A DNA stretch of 64,000 nucleotides from Bordetella parapertussis (GTDB taxonomy: Bacteria; Pseudomonadota; Gammaproteobacteria; Burkholderiales; SG8-39): NCBI GenBank assembly GCA_945862265.1, contig CAMAXP010000015.1, positions 25,384 to 89,383 on the forward strand, read 5' to 3'. Of the stretch, positions 63,929-64,000 are shown one piece after another. The notes beneath the pieces were generated by a model, which worked only from the letters and a program-made list of their open reading frames with translations, had not been told where the DNA came from and searched no databases. Every line of letters begins with the position of its first letter. Positions within the stretch are counted from its first letter, which is position 1. The translations under genes were made by a program, and so were the position numbers.

Positions 63929-64000
63929 TGGCGGAGTGGACGGGACTCGAACCCGCGACCTCTGCCGTGACAGGGCAGCATTCTAACCAACTGAACTACC
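63929..64000 (-). tRNA. tRNA-Asp (anticodon GTC), 5' ~5 nt outside window
   Basis: The reverse complement reads ggTAGTTCAGTTGGTTAGAATGCTGCCCTGTCACGGCAGAGGTCGCGGGTTCGAGTCCCGTCCACTCCGCCA. It shows a D-loop, the anticodon loop CT-GTC-AC, a T-arm GGTTCGAGTCC and an encoded CCA. Confidence 0.9.

Overview
This is a G+C-rich bacterial chromosomal segment with strong G/C bias at third codon positions. Gene content suggests a betaproteobacterium of the Burkholderiales type. That is an inference from seven Bug/TctC-family binding-protein genes and the gene order methyltransferase-rnhA-dnaQ, gloB-mltD, fabI, ppiD, tRNA-Asp. I support about 60 tightly packed protein-coding genes, many joined by 1-nt or 4-nt start/stop overlaps (ATGA, TGATG, GTGA).

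Layout:
- 1-6.6 kb: ETF-ubiquinone oxidoreductase (5' partial), MFS transporter, long acyl-CoA dehydrogenase, etfB-etfA.
- 7-12 kb: a translationally coupled operon of DUF35 protein, SCP-x-type thiolase, class II aldolase, SDR, MaoC hydratase and a ketopantoate-reductase-family protein.
- 12.1-14.6 kb: a two-gene membrane-protein cassette (PEMT-like methyltransferase plus an unknown 282-aa protein). It sits between a 44-codon relic and an intact copy of the same dsbA-like gene 5' end.
- 14.7-42.5 kb: accessory catabolic islands. They hold M81, M28 and C45 peptidases, two PuuE-like deacetylases, acyl-CoA dehydrogenases, two family III CoA-transferases, MDR and SDR reductases, a 2-hydroxyacid dehydrogenase, an enolase-superfamily enzyme and seven orphan Bug binding proteins.
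- 42.6-49.8 kb: an acyl-CoA synthetase / enoyl-CoA hydratase / Liv-type ABC transporter operon.
- 49.8-64 kb: core housekeeping genes (dnaQ, rnhA, methyltransferase, gloB, mltD, a YejABEF-like peptide ABC importer, fabI, ppiD) and a partial tRNA-Asp(GTC) at the window edge.

I found no rRNA, CRISPR array, transposase, integrase or phage genes, and no recognisable transcription factor or TctA/TctB membrane component.

The candidates I rate most worth a second look are:
- the repeat-flanked membrane cassette at 12.1-14.0 kb;
- the amide-hydrolase island at 14.7-25.8 kb;
- the hypothetical gene pair at 25.9-26.8 kb;
- a 15-bp GntR/FadR-style palindrome present twice (37194 and 49830);
- the zero-spacer divergent start codons (CATATG) of the methyltransferase and gloB.

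All functional calls come from reading the translated ORFs against remembered family signatures. No database search was run.
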